64,000 bases of DNA from a virus: IMG/VR virus record IMGVR_UViG_3300028025_002046, positions 1 through 64,000 of that record; one strand, written 5' to 3'. Below, piece after piece: positions 20,910 through 31,214 of the stretch. The notes under the pieces were generated by a model. That model did not search any database, was not told where the DNA came from, and saw only the letters and a program-made list of their open reading frames with translations. The first letter of the stretch is position 1. Each line of letters begins with the position of its first letter. Made by a program: the position numbers and the translations under genes.

Positions 20910-22175
20910 CTATTTTAGTAGGTCGGATGTTGTGAGGAAACGTCCACCCCATACTGATTTTTCAACCATTGCTGGTTCCTGAACGATCTCACCGAGATCG
21001 CCAGACTTACGGAAAGCGGTGTCAGCGATTACTGCGTCTACTGACTTTCCAAGATTTGAGAAATCCTTCTCTGCATCTGCAATTTTTGCATCTGTCAGTT
21101 CCTGTGATTTCTTCAGTGCATTGATTTCGTCAACTAGTGACTTAACCATTGCGGTGATTTCGCTAAAGGCTGATGTAACGGCATCCTTCAAGTCAGTAAC
21201 ATCCGTAGATGGAACCTCATCTGACTTCTTTGCCTTCTTCTCTTCCTCTTCGTCTGCTGACGATTCGGTAGCGTCCATTGAACCTTCCTCAACCTGATCT
21301 TCGTCTTCAGGCTTTGCAGCCTTCTCTACGCCATCAAGGGCTGGAGCTTCGATTTCGGCATCTGCCTCTGGAGCGATTTCAACAGCTTCTGCTACTACTT
21401 CATCGGTAGTGGCTTCGATATTATTTTCTGTCATATTATCCTCCTGTGTCATCTTAGCTACGTTAATGCCTTTAGCACTATCCACTAAGAACTTAATCAT
21501 GTCGATCTTGTCATCATCTGACTTCTCAACAAAGCCAATGTTACGCATAACGTTTCCATTGGTTGGTGCAATTTCTGTTTCATTCTTCGAAAGAAGAACT
21601 AGTCCAGAATCCTTGTCGTAAAATACGTTTTCGATTTCTACGTCTACAATGTTGCTGCCATTCTTCTCTACAGATAGAATGCTTGCAAACTGGTTAGCTG
21701 GTGTGTCTACTAGAGATAGTTCTAGTAGGTCATAATCTTTGATAATACGAATGGCTTTTGACATACCCTCGTCGTAGGCATCTTCCCACTTGTTCATTCT
21801 ACCGCCAATTGAAAAGCCTGAGTAAGTTCCATCTAGAACCTTTTCCCATGCATCCTGAGCACCCTTTGAAATGTATGTTGAAACATAAACACCTGAGTAG
21901 AATTTCTTAGTGTCTGGGTCGAAGTATTTATCTTGCTTGAATGCAACCATCTTACCAACAGCAATTGGCTGGTGCATTTCACGAATGTTGCCACGGAATT
22001 TCTCAAAAGCTTTTAGAGATGCTTCTGGTGTAACGATATCGTTTTGCTTGTCAATGTTATCAAGCGTAGCAAAACCAGATACGATTCTGCGTTCCTTATC
22101 GACCTTAGCGAAAGGCATACCTAGACGGACGTTATCGCCGTCGGTTTCAAAATGAGCTTTTGCAATGTTTACCAT
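20910..22175 (-). CDS. prohead protease fused to scaffold-like domain
   Basis: IVSGFAT..D...D, REMH, GFSIGG, ELSLVD.PAN (HK97-type protease); acidic coiled-coil C-terminus. Confidence 0.88.
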   Translation of the reverse strand: MVNIAKAHFETDGDNVRLGMPFAKVDKERRIVSGFATLDNIDKQNDIVTPEASLKAFEKFRGNIREMHQPIAVGKMVAFKQDKYFDPDTKKFYSGVYVSTYISKGAQDAWEKVLDGTYSGFSIGGRMNKWEDAYDEGMSKAIRIIKDYDLLELSLVDTPANQFASILSVEKNGSNIVDVEIENVFYDKDSGLVLLSKNETEIAPTNGNVMRNIGFVEKSDDDKIDMIKFLVDSAKGINVAKMTQEDNMTENNIEATTDEVVAEAVEIAPEADAEIEAPALDGVEKAAKPEDEDQVEEGSMDATESSADEEEEKKAKKSDEVPSTDVTDLKDAVTSAFSEITAMVKSLVDEINALKKSQELTDAKIADAEKDFSNLGKSVDAVIADTAFRKSGDLGEIVQEPAMVEKSVWGGRFLTTSDLLK

Positions 22176-22232
22176 GGTAATTTAATTATAGACCCTTTTT
22201 ATATAAAACTTGTTATTACATTATAACATAAT

Positions 22233-23834
22233 TTATTGAGAAGATCTACCTTCACCTTTCGGATTTCTTCCAGATGTTGTGGATGTACTGTCAGAGTTGT
22301 TGGCAGTTCTCTCTGCATCTCTGGTTCTACCCTGACGAGTATTGGCAGAAGCATCTGCCGCACCTCGTGCTGTAAGCTCTACAGGCTGGTCTCCACCCTC
22401 AATTTGAGGTAGGTTAATAACTTCACGAGCTTCATTTGGAACCATAATCTTGTTACGAACATAGCGTTCAAGAATCTGTGACTGTGCAACTTCATCTGTA
22501 AGTGTAAGTTCATTGAACTTGAACTCTAGAATATCTGTCTTCTCACGGATGATCTTGTTTAGAATCTTTTCTAGGTTACGCTGTGCTGGACGTGCTACCT
22601 GCTCCTTGAACGTGCGGTCCTGAGCCAGCGATGCTGCGATAGCAGACGACTCAGAGCCGCCTAGCTTTGATAGAGGAACCTGGTGAGCAACTAGAATATC
22701 GTCACGGTTTTGCTTGCGGTATGCTGAGAACGAACCTTCCTGCACACCACTCTCAATCGCTTCCATCTTAAAGTCAACCTTGTTAGTCTCTGAGTCTCCA
22801 GGAAGTGGAATGTAAAGTGTTCTGTGATTCTGTCCCTTAAGACCAGTCTGAAGGAATCTGAATAGTCTATCCTCTGACTCGGTAGATAGTTGAGCACCCT
22901 TTAGGGTAACAACGTAGCGAGGCACAGCCTTGTTCTGGAAGTAGTCAATGTTGTATTGCGATGCAAGCTGGTCACCAAGTAGCGATGGCATTGCGGCAAT
23001 TACGTCAGGCACTCCGTAGAAAGTATTTAGTGGAGAGTATTCCTTGATGTGAATAATCTCATTAGGACGATTATCTACCGTGATTGGGTTCTGGTTGGTA
23101 GCACCAAAGTTGCGGAAGTATGTAACCTTGTTTCCAACAATCTGAACAAAGCCATCGTGTAGGCGACGGACACGCATTGTGGTAGCAGGAATGTGACCAA
23201 CATATCCGATCTCTCCGCTTACAGTTCTACCAACTTCAATGTAGGCGTTTCCTGTTGCGTAGAAGTCTGTGTCAACCTTCTCCATGATGCTAGTAAAGCT
23301 TTCATCCTGGTTTAGGTTTTCTAGCCAGTCACGAAGCTGAATCTTTAGTCTTTCAATACGCTTGCGAGCACGACCTACCGCCTCTGGGTTGTCCGAAGCC
23401 TCTAGCTTTAGCATGGTCTTGTCAGATACAACGAAGTCATATCCTAGACCAACAATGTTCTCAACCTTAGCGTCAATAGCTGCGTGGTTTGCAAAAGATG
23501 TGTCATAGTAGCTTGAAAGTTCGTATAGGTCGTATGGAGGTGTGATAACGTCAAATAGACCATAAGCGTTTCTGTATACTACACCTGGGTTAATTGCTTT
23601 TGACTTTGCATCTCCAGTACCGCTCTGGATTGCGTTAGCAGAGTCCATGTAAGCGTCTGAGTATTCTGCCTTTACTAGGCGAGAAGCACGTCTCTTAAAG
23701 TTTGTGTCAAGACCGTCTAGGTTTCTTAGTTCGTCCCAAGACTTCTTGAATGGATCTGAATTTGCAAAAAGGTTTTCTGACTCTGTTGCATTGTCCCACT
23801 TTACTGGAATTTCCAGTCTAGTAATTTCGCTCAT
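22233..23834 (-). CDS. portal protein
   Basis: GNAYIEV, EIIHIKEYSP..FYGVP, ILVAHQVP..LG, PNEAR motifs. Confidence 0.92.
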   Translation of the reverse strand: MSEITRLEIPVKWDNATESENLFANSDPFKKSWDELRNLDGLDTNFKRRASRLVKAEYSDAYMDSANAIQSGTGDAKSKAINPGVVYRNAYGLFDVITPPYDLYELSSYYDTSFANHAAIDAKVENIVGLGYDFVVSDKTMLKLEASDNPEAVGRARKRIERLKIQLRDWLENLNQDESFTSIMEKVDTDFYATGNAYIEVGRTVSGEIGYVGHIPATTMRVRRLHDGFVQIVGNKVTYFRNFGATNQNPITVDNRPNEIIHIKEYSPLNTFYGVPDVIAAMPSLLGDQLASQYNIDYFQNKAVPRYVVTLKGAQLSTESEDRLFRFLQTGLKGQNHRTLYIPLPGDSETNKVDFKMEAIESGVQEGSFSAYRKQNRDDILVAHQVPLSKLGGSESSAIAASLAQDRTFKEQVARPAQRNLEKILNKIIREKTDILEFKFNELTLTDEVAQSQILERYVRNKIMVPNEAREVINLPQIEGGDQPVELTARGAADASANTRQGRTRDAERTANNSDSTSTTSGRNPKGEGRSSQ

Positions 23835-24217
23835 TACTCATCACTTCCATACATGTTGAACGTATTCTTTGCGGCAATCAAAGCACCTAGGTCGTTCTGA
23901 GAAGGGATTAATCCCTGCTTCATTCTATCTAGTTGCTCGCTGTGCTCTTCGTCTGAAATCTTTCTAACATTTGGAAAGAACTCTGCAGTTCCCTCTGGCT
24001 GACCGTAGTATGCTGCAGCCTCTGTTAGCTCTTTAATCTTGGCAGGGTCATTACGCATTGACTCAATATTTAGTGCGTTACCCTCACCATCTGTAAAATA
24101 CTTGCCTGATGGCAATTTCCACACATAAATACCTGCATTTGAGAATGGCTCTTCGACCACTTGGATCTTGGTTTTACCAATTTGACCCTTCATTACTTGT
24201 CCAATGTTTTTATTCAT
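23834..24217 (-). CDS. hypothetical protein upstream of portal
   Basis: likely leaderless ATG 24217, 7 nt after TGGTATACT. Confidence 0.7.
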   Translation of the reverse strand: MNKNIGQVMKGQIGKTKIQVVEEPFSNAGIYVWKLPSGKYFTDGEGNALNIESMRNDPAKIKELTEAAAYYGQPEGTAEFFPNVRKISDEEHSEQLDRMKQGLIPSQNDLGALIAAKNTFNMYGSDE

Positions 24218-24235
24218 AACCACAAGTATACCACA

Positions 24236-27200
24236 TTATCTTGGATCTGCGGTAATTCTATCCCACTTTGTACCAAGATACGTAACATACTGATATTTCT
24301 GGAACCTAAGCACATTAGCGTTCTCATTTGCATCTGAGATTATCTTGTTTGTACCAATATAGATCTTATAGATTTCTGATGGATTGATAGGTGGGATAAC
24401 CTCAGCCTTAAAGTATAGTAGGCTCTTCCAGGTTATTGGATTTGTTTCTGCGTATTCTCTCCAGTCGTATGTGGTAGAGCCTTGCCAAGCCTGATTCCAC
24501 GTTCTCTTAACAATTTGCTGTGTCTGTGCTAGTTCGCTTAACTGATAGTAGGAAAGGTTATTCAATACAAAGTTGTTTCTTATCCTAAAGCTTCCTAGGG
24601 ATCCAGAGAAGTCAAGGAATGGGAAGAATACGAGACCTAGCATTGCCCATTCATCTATGTTTAGTACTGGATACTTAACTGTATTTCCATTTAGGAAGTA
24701 TTCTAGTGATGTGTAATCTACCTCGTCATAAACATCGTCGATCTGGTTGTATACCAGCCTCTTTGCGAATACCTTTGCTCTTGTTTGTGCAGAGTTTACA
24801 GATTCAATGTAGAAAAGTATGTGAGCCGTTCCAGATATGATTTCGAACATTTTCTCTGGTGATCCAGCGGCTGGGAATAATCCAAAATTCCAAAGAGCCG
24901 AAAACTGCAAGGAACTAATGTTGAAGAATGGGTCAATATCTTTATTGATTGGAATCATAATTCCTTTTTCAAATTCGGGGTTATATGGTGAAACCATAGA
25001 TATTCCAGAGTTGCCAGTAAGGTATAGGTATGGAGTGCTTCCTTTATATATTCTAACTGGGTTGTAATTTTTGTAGCCAACCTCATCTCCATACTGAACA
25101 TATGGATGAGCGTACTCTCCAAACCTGCTTCCAATTCCGTTGATCGGAATAGATGCTGAAACAGAGTTATCTTCAAGTGCTCTTGATGCATACTGCAATG
25201 ATCTAATATTTATTGGCTTTACTAATGAATTTGAAATAATTTCAAACAAAAGAGATATTGATAGGTTGTCAAGCGATTCTGTTTCACTAAGGCTGGGCAT
25301 TGTAATGACTGAACCATCGACTACCTCGTAAAGATCTGTCTCCCATTCATTAGTTACATCTACGTTGCCGTTTTTAGAAGCTGCCCTTCTGGTGAAGCCA
25401 GAAAGGTCTCTATGCATTCCCTCGTTCATTCTTTGCAATGAAACATAAGCCCTGACGCTTTCCTTTGAGGTATCTAAAAAGTTTCCGTCTATAATTCTAG
25501 ATTGTGGATAGTTAAAATTAACCTGGATAGTATCTATAGTATTTTTTGCTTCTCCAGAAAAGAACTTTTTGGTAGATAGATATGCCAAAGACATATAATC
25601 TTCCCAATATGAATATGATTTAACATCAAGCAGGGAAACGTCTACAATTCTATTGTGAACTAGCGTGTAGCTTGCGACTTTTTCTCTCAGGGTATCAAAT
25701 ACTGTGTAGTTACCAACTATAATTCCATTTGTCTCGTATTCTGAGTAATCTTTTGCATTTTTTTCTGTTGAAAAGCAGAAAGAGTGTATTCTTCCAGTAT
25801 ATGTATTTGACGCTAGGCTTTCTGTACCAGAATAATCCCCACCCAATAATACCTTGAGGGAATCTGGATTTCCAAAGAATCTTGCGTATTCGCTAGACAA
25901 TGATGCAAGAGTGTTGGCATTAATTCCAACCACAAATTTCTCTGTTTGATATTCCATATTTGTTATATCGAATGGCGTTATCATGTCGGATTCTTCTTCG
26001 CCGTTTTGCTTGAAGACAAGGCTAACAAAATTATTGGATAGTGATGCTTTTATATATTCGTTATTCTCGTTTTGAATCTTGAAAAGTATTTGCTCTTCTT
26101 CTACCTGAGAGCCTCCCTCAAATACTCCAAAGATTAAATCATTTCTTGGAGATACATTTTTAAATGAATCAAATATGAGGTATGAGTTGACATTATCCCA
26201 AGCTGCTGATGGCTTTAGGCAGATAAACTGTTGATCATATAGGTTTGCGTCATAGCATTCATTTAGGACTTCCTGTATGGTATTTGTTGTGCTAGAGACG
26301 TATCTAGGTAGGGTATGATTTGGAGATGATAGCAGATCATTGATTGTTATTACATTGTCAGATATTCCTTGGTCCCATTTTCCGTGATCTGGATATAAAA
26401 AGTTTCTTGCATACTCTGCTGCAGCATAGTCTACGAAGAAAGACTTTCCGTCAAATGCTACGTTTATATCTTGTGGATAGGCTACGGCTTGTCCATAGGT
26501 AAATGTTCTTTTTGCCAAATCCTCTGGCATCATGTATGGGTATAGGGCTACTGCATCTACCTCTAAAGTAGGTAAATCTGCGTAGGCATAGAAACCTAGA
26601 AAGTCCTGAGTCTTAAAGTTTTCATCTGTGGCTTGCGACTCATTGAAGAGTGACGAAGATCTGTCTAGACTTTTACCACCTACGAAAGTTCCATTAATAA
26701 ATAACCTTATGTCTGAATCTGAAATCAGTAGGTGAAGTAGCATTGGCTTAAACCATTCTCCAACGTAGTGAGAAAGAATTACGTTTCCATACCTTACGAT
26801 TAGGTGTGGTCCGTTAACATATATTCCATTATCTGAATTAAGGGGACCGATGATTTTTCTATAGTCATTTGGCGATACCCTGGAGTTGACCCTTAGCCAT
26901 GCCTCAAGTGTCATTGTAGAAGATCTAGAGTTTTCATTCATAAAGCCGTGTGCTGGCACAATTAGAGACGGCTCGTTATTGGCATTAGCAACAAGGATGG
27001 TTGAGTTTGAAGCACCGAATACCATTGGGACTGTTGAGTTTTTTGCTAAGAGTTTTTTATTTTTTATAAGATATAACCCAGAGTCTGCATTATAAGATCT
27101 TCCGTATGCTTGTGCAATAATCGCATCGTCTGCAACTGTAGATATGCCTGAGAGGTCGTAGCTAAGACCATTGACACCAACAGACACCTTGTTAAATTCC

Positions 27201-27754
27201 TCTGATAATCTTCCTACAGATAGTCCGTTCAGGTAGATTACGACATGATCTCCAGATGCCGAGCTTTCGTCGTAAGATATCTCTACCACAATCTTTGCGG
27301 TAATCGCTGATGAGTTAGTAAAAGTTTGAGACACAAAGCCCCACTTAGCAAGAGCCACGGTTGCTGAATCTGAGAATACTGGTGCACTAGAACCAATTTT
27401 ATATCCAACACGAACTCCAGTTATAGAATCAACGCCTGTTCCGTAGATGTGTAGACCGATTGTAAAGTCATCTGCTGCGGTTGTAAATGTAGAGTTGCTT
27501 GTCAGGGTTATTGCTGAGTTGCCGTCTGGGACCGACACCATGTATTTTGATGTGTCTAGAATCATTGATCTTGGAACGTTGTCTGGATCTTGAAGTGAAA
27601 AGGTAGTTCCTATAACTGATGGGGTCCATAAAGAAAAGTTTCTGTCTACCTCTGTAATGTATGACAAATAGTCAATCTTGTCGTCAAGTGTCCATAGTGC
27701 TATCGGCTGGTTAGCATATACCTTTTCTGCATATAGATTGGATGGAGTAGTCAT
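24236..27754 (-). CDS. large virion protein with LamG/concanavalin-like domain
   Basis: YA..V....PIALW.LD N-terminus, TLEAWLR, LFING, DAVALY. Confidence 0.6.
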   Translation of the reverse strand: MTTPSNLYAEKVYANQPIALWTLDDKIDYLSYITEVDRNFSLWTPSVIGTTFSLQDPDNVPRSMILDTSKYMVSVPDGNSAITLTSNSTFTTAADDFTIGLHIYGTGVDSITGVRVGYKIGSSAPVFSDSATVALAKWGFVSQTFTNSSAITAKIVVEISYDESSASGDHVVIYLNGLSVGRLSEEFNKVSVGVNGLSYDLSGISTVADDAIIAQAYGRSYNADSGLYLIKNKKLLAKNSTVPMVFGASNSTILVANANNEPSLIVPAHGFMNENSRSSTMTLEAWLRVNSRVSPNDYRKIIGPLNSDNGIYVNGPHLIVRYGNVILSHYVGEWFKPMLLHLLISDSDIRLFINGTFVGGKSLDRSSSLFNESQATDENFKTQDFLGFYAYADLPTLEVDAVALYPYMMPEDLAKRTFTYGQAVAYPQDINVAFDGKSFFVDYAAAEYARNFLYPDHGKWDQGISDNVITINDLLSSPNHTLPRYVSSTTNTIQEVLNECYDANLYDQQFICLKPSAAWDNVNSYLIFDSFKNVSPRNDLIFGVFEGGSQVEEEQILFKIQNENNEYIKASLSNNFVSLVFKQNGEEESDMITPFDITNMEYQTEKFVVGINANTLASLSSEYARFFGNPDSLKVLLGGDYSGTESLASNTYTGRIHSFCFSTEKNAKDYSEYETNGIIVGNYTVFDTLREKVASYTLVHNRIVDVSLLDVKSYSYWEDYMSLAYLSTKKFFSGEAKNTIDTIQVNFNYPQSRIIDGNFLDTSKESVRAYVSLQRMNEGMHRDLSGFTRRAASKNGNVDVTNEWETDLYEVVDGSVITMPSLSETESLDNLSISLLFEIISNSLVKPINIRSLQYASRALEDNSVSASIPINGIGSRFGEYAHPYVQYGDEVGYKNYNPVRIYKGSTPYLYLTGNSGISMVSPYNPEFEKGIMIPINKDIDPFFNISSLQFSALWNFGLFPAAGSPEKMFEIISGTAHILFYIESVNSAQTRAKVFAKRLVYNQIDDVYDEVDYTSLEYFLNGNTVKYPVLNIDEWAMLGLVFFPFLDFSGSLGSFRIRNNFVLNNLSYYQLSELAQTQQIVKRTWNQAWQGSTTYDWREYAETNPITWKSLLYFKAEVIPPINPSEIYKIYIGTNKIISDANENANVLRFQKYQYVTYLGTKWDRITADPR

Positions 27755-27784
27755 TATAACTTATTTTACCATAGATAGACAAAT

Positions 27785-27816
27785 AAAAATGCCCTGCCAG
27801 GTTAACGACAGGGCAC
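27785..27816 (-). terminator. intrinsic terminator
   Basis: TGCCCTG/CAGGGCA stem followed by T run. Confidence 0.7.
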
Positions 27817-27827
27817 TTAGATTATAA

Positions 27828-28043
27828 TTAAGCGATAGTTGCTAGTTCGTCTTTGTAGATTCCAATAGCTACCTCTAGCATAGCCAGGGCATTCTGAGAT
27901 TGCTGGATTCCGTCTACGTCGTTGACAGTCTCTGCTACCTTCTTGTTTAGACTTACTTGATAAGCCTCTACGCTAAACCCAAGAATCCTGTTTTCCAGGA
28001 CCTCTTTGCGTTGATCTGCTGTAAGCAGTTCTTCAAAATTCAT
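27828..28043 (-). CDS. small helical hypothetical protein
   Basis: SD GGAG, own TTGACA-17-TATACT promoter, terminator. Confidence 0.75.
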   Translation of the reverse strand: MNFEELLTADQRKEVLENRILGFSVEAYQVSLNKKVAETVNDVDGIQQSQNALAMLEVAIGIYKDELATIA

Positions 28044-28064
28044 AATTTCTCCAATGTTTATATT

Positions 28065-28115
28065 AGTATAACATATGCCAAAAGACTTGTCAAATGGTAT
28101 AAATGATGCTATAAT
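28065..28115. promoter_or_regulatory. divergent sigmaA-type promoters sharing one -35 site
   Basis: + TTGTCA(28087)-17-TATAAT(28110); - TTGACA(28093)-17-TATACT(28070). Confidence 0.75.
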
Positions 28116-28243
28116 TGTAGAACAACTTCTCCCAAAGAGAAGTTTTTGCTTTACAAGACTCTACTTCATAAAGAATACTGTCTGCCAGAATACCGCCAAG
28201 TTGGTGGTAGAGTAACAACATAAAAAATAAGGAGGTAGCAAAA

Positions 28244-28795
28244 ATGAATAAAAAATTTGCTGCTGTAGGTCTAGGCTTAGTTCTAGTTCTTACAAACTGT
28301 ACTGGCGTTGGTGCCAGTGCTTCACAACTAAAGACAAATCCTGAAGTTGAAAAATATCAGGTAACACTCACATCTATCTTAATCCCAAGCATTGAAAAAA
28401 CTGTGCTAAACAACAATACCGAAAAGATGACTAGTGTTGTAAAAAAATTAAAGAAGCGTGTCAATAAAACATGGTATGCATTTGGAGGTGAGACTCCAAG
28501 AGGTTGGGACTGCTCAGGTTTAGTGATATGGGTATACAAGCATTTTGGGATTAAACTTTATCACAAAGCATCTTCACAAAAGTATGCAGCCAAGCCTCGT
28601 AAATACGTTGAGTCAAAGGTGAAGGCTGGCGACATTATTGCTTGCTATGGTCCTGTTGGAGTTCATGTTGGAATTGCTTCTGACAGAAAAGGATACATGA
28701 TTCATTCTCCTAGACGTGGAGTAACGACTAAAGAAGATAAGGTTTTAGATTTGTTTTCTAGTTGTACGTATACTAGGTTAATACAAACCGCCTAA
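28244..28795 (+). CDS. secreted NlpC/P60 (C40) peptidoglycan endopeptidase
   Basis: signal peptide; Y.FGG..PRGWDCSGLV, GDII, HVGI, MIHS catalytic Cys/His motifs. Confidence 0.9.
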   Translation: MNKKFAAVGLGLVLVLTNCTGVGASASQLKTNPEVEKYQVTLTSILIPSIEKTVLNNNTEKMTSVVKKLKKRVNKTWYAFGGETPRGWDCSGLVIWVYKHFGIKLYHKASSQKYAAKPRKYVESKVKAGDIIACYGPVGVHVGIASDRKGYMIHSPRRGVTTKEDKVLDLFSSCTYTRLIQTA

Positions 28796-28797
28796 AG

Positions 28798-28830
28798 AAA
28801 TGCCCCTGGGGAAACCTGGGGGTATTTTTT
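28798..28830. terminator. terminator between convergent genes
   Basis: AAATGCCCC..GAAA..GGGGTATTT hairpin. Confidence 0.7.
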
Positions 28831-30136
28831 ATCTTGCTTCTAATGCAGCAAGTCTAGCTTCTAGTAATTCGATCTGAGATTGCTGAGACTTAAGAACTGG
28901 AATAACTGCTGCCACCAAACGATCGTAGGAGATACCCTCAACTTCTCCATCTACGTATGTGACGAATTCTTCTAGTCCAGCCTCTACCAAGTCTTCAGCG
29001 ATAAACCCTGGGTGTCTTATTAGCCCAGTTGCACTGTTTCCATTTTCCACATACTGTGCCTTATCAATCCAAGTTTTTGGAACAAGATTAAGTATTTGAT
29101 TTCCAAGAATCATTGGCTGAGGGTCAATCTTGTACTTACTTGCCGATGTACTTCTATAGATAAGGTTTAGTGTAGCACTTTGATATAGGTTTGCACTTGA
29201 TGAAACAGTAGTGGTTGCTGGAGCAACCCCACCAGAGCTGTATATGATATATGATCCAGCATCATTTAGATATCCTTCTGCTCTTATGTTTCCATCTGTA
29301 GAAATTCCTCCAGATGAGGATAATGATGTTCCATTCGATCCATATCCTCCAGCAATGGTAAGAGACGTAAAGTCTGGGGTTGAGTCAAAGGTCCACTTGC
29401 CGTCTGCAAGGTTGTATGCTGTTCTAACTGCACTTGCAGTGGCAGCCAGAGTTGTGCTTGTGCTGCTAACGCTTGTACTTAACTGAACAATACCTGCAGA
29501 TGTTGTGGTTGCTGCATCGGTTGTTGCTAATGTTTTTCCAGCAGTTGAAGGTATGAGTGTTCCATTAATACTTGTAGCAGTTGCTACGCCAAGAACTGGA
29601 GTAACCAGAGTCGGAGAAGTATCTAGGACAAAGTTACCTGTTCCAGTTTTATCCGATACTGTTGTTCCATTAATCTTAAGCACGTTTCCATCTGCTGTTG
29701 CGGTGTCAAATGTCTTGTTAGTGAATGTTTCTGTTCCTGCACGAGTTGCTAGAAGACCAGTAGTTGGCAGGGTAACGGATGTATTTGCTGTAGAAATAAA
29801 AGTAGTTGTGTATGCTCCAGAGGTAGTTAAGTTTCCACCTAGAGTAATAGTCTTTCCTGTATTTGCAACACCAGTTCCACCATCATCTCCAGAGATAGGA
29901 TTTGTTAGGGATAGTGTTGGAATTGTTACTGTTCCTGTAAAAGTTGGGTTGTTGATTGGTGCCTTTAGGGTGTTTAGGCTGTTAAGATGACCAAGGATTC
30001 CAGTAGTATGTGGATCTGATTCAGTACCTGAGTTAGTTCCATAGTGATATAGCTTGAGGGCTACCTGAATATTAGCTGCATCATCTAGTGATGGGATTAG
30101 TGTTGTGTACGTCGTACTTTCGATATCTACTGGCAT
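28829..30136 (-). CDS. tail fibre with C-terminal intramolecular chaperone (peptidase S74-like)
   Basis: KAPINNPTFTGTV, ATT..AGIVQLS fibre repeats; S.SKYK..GFIAEDL..ISYDRL plus coiled coil. Confidence 0.8.
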   Translation of the reverse strand: MPVDIESTTYTTLIPSLDDAANIQVALKLYHYGTNSGTESDPHTTGILGHLNSLNTLKAPINNPTFTGTVTIPTLSLTNPISGDDGGTGVANTGKTITLGGNLTTSGAYTTTFISTANTSVTLPTTGLLATRAGTETFTNKTFDTATADGNVLKINGTTVSDKTGTGNFVLDTSPTLVTPVLGVATATSINGTLIPSTAGKTLATTDAATTTSAGIVQLSTSVSSTSTTLAATASAVRTAYNLADGKWTFDSTPDFTSLTIAGGYGSNGTSLSSSGGISTDGNIRAEGYLNDAGSYIIYSSGGVAPATTTVSSSANLYQSATLNLIYRSTSASKYKIDPQPMILGNQILNLVPKTWIDKAQYVENGNSATGLIRHPGFIAEDLVEAGLEEFVTYVDGEVEGISYDRLVAAVIPVLKSQQSQIELLEARLAALEAR

Positions 30137-30157
30137 ATCTAAATTATAGCATACTAA

Positions 30158-31207
30158 CTATTTCAATAGTGATGTATAGTGTGCTAGGTTTGCTACTAGC
30201 CTTGGATCATTATTTATCAGAATTGCCTGTTCTGTTTGAGCGATAGCCTCTTCGATATTCCCCAAATTATATTCTGCAATAGCTAGTAAATCGTGTGGCA
30301 AAGCACCCCAGGCGTAATCTTCGCAAAGATAGTCTAGAGGTTTTTCTTTAATGTTTAGAGCAGCCAAGGCATAGTCCTTGCACCATTCCCACTGTTCATT
30401 TTCGTAGTACCATTGGGCAAGCGAAACATAGGACTCTCTTCTGTTTGGATCTTCTGCAATAGCCTGGACAAGATATTGGTCTCCAAGTAAGGGTTGACAC
30501 TTTGCAAGATATCTGTATGCCGCTGCTCTTTCAGCACTCCATCTTGCTGTCGGTAGTTTGAGATAGCGTCTGAACTCTTCCATTGCTTTTTCATTCTGAC
30601 CATAAAAGAAAAGTTCACGAGCGTAGTAATATGCGTTTCTATCATCGTTTGGATCTTCTCTTACAGATAGTTCAAGAAGTGGTAGATATTGTGAGCGTGG
30701 CTTTGAATTGTCTGGGTGATGGTGGATTTCTAGGTCAATCCATTCCTGAACTTCTTGGAGTCTGTCAGTAGTGAGTACTTCGTGAACTGGATGTTTCCAG
30801 CGGTATCCATGACGAGCATGAATCTTGTCTCCACCATACTCTAGACCAGGTGTGCCATCTTTATTCCATGACCAAGTATATTTATAACGAGGACGAGTTG
30901 TCTCTGACTTGATGCCCTCAAGTTTTTCACGCCATCCTGGAACCAGAACTTCGTCCATGTCAAGAGAGATGCAGATATCGATATCCTTTGGTAGGGCTGC
31001 TAGTGATGCGTTACGAGCATCATCAAATCTCCAAGGGCTAATTGAAATTGTAAATACGTCAATGCCTAAGTCCTGAGCAATCTGAACGGTATTATCAGTA
31101 GAACCAGTATCAGCAATAAGTAAATAATCTGCATCCATGGCAGACTTATACCATGATTCTACAAACTGTTCTTCATTAAGTGCGATTGTATAGACCGCAA
31201 TTTTCAT
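30158..31207 (-). CDS. GT2 glycosyltransferase with TPR C-terminus
   Basis: IAVYTIALNEE, DTGSTD, FDDARN, LDMDE, W..PVHE, YYYARE. Confidence 0.9.
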   Translation of the reverse strand: MKIAVYTIALNEEQFVESWYKSAMDADYLLIADTGSTDNTVQIAQDLGIDVFTISISPWRFDDARNASLAALPKDIDICISLDMDEVLVPGWREKLEGIKSETTRPRYKYTWSWNKDGTPGLEYGGDKIHARHGYRWKHPVHEVLTTDRLQEVQEWIDLEIHHHPDNSKPRSQYLPLLELSVREDPNDDRNAYYYARELFFYGQNEKAMEEFRRYLKLPTARWSAERAAAYRYLAKCQPLLGDQYLVQAIAEDPNRRESYVSLAQWYYENEQWEWCKDYALAALNIKEKPLDYLCEDYAWGALPHDLLAIAEYNLGNIEEAIAQTEQAILINNDPRLVANLAHYTSLLK

Positions 31208-31214
31208 GTCTCTC

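Noticed and set aside
7330-21621. Plus-strand and nested ORFs within TMP, tail and capsid genes
   Set aside because: Shadow ORFs of long genes with no protein-like features.
28121-28243. c-di-AMP (ydaO) riboswitch
   Set aside because: Context fits, but the conserved GCUGAA, GGAA and GUCAGC-UAAC elements are absent.
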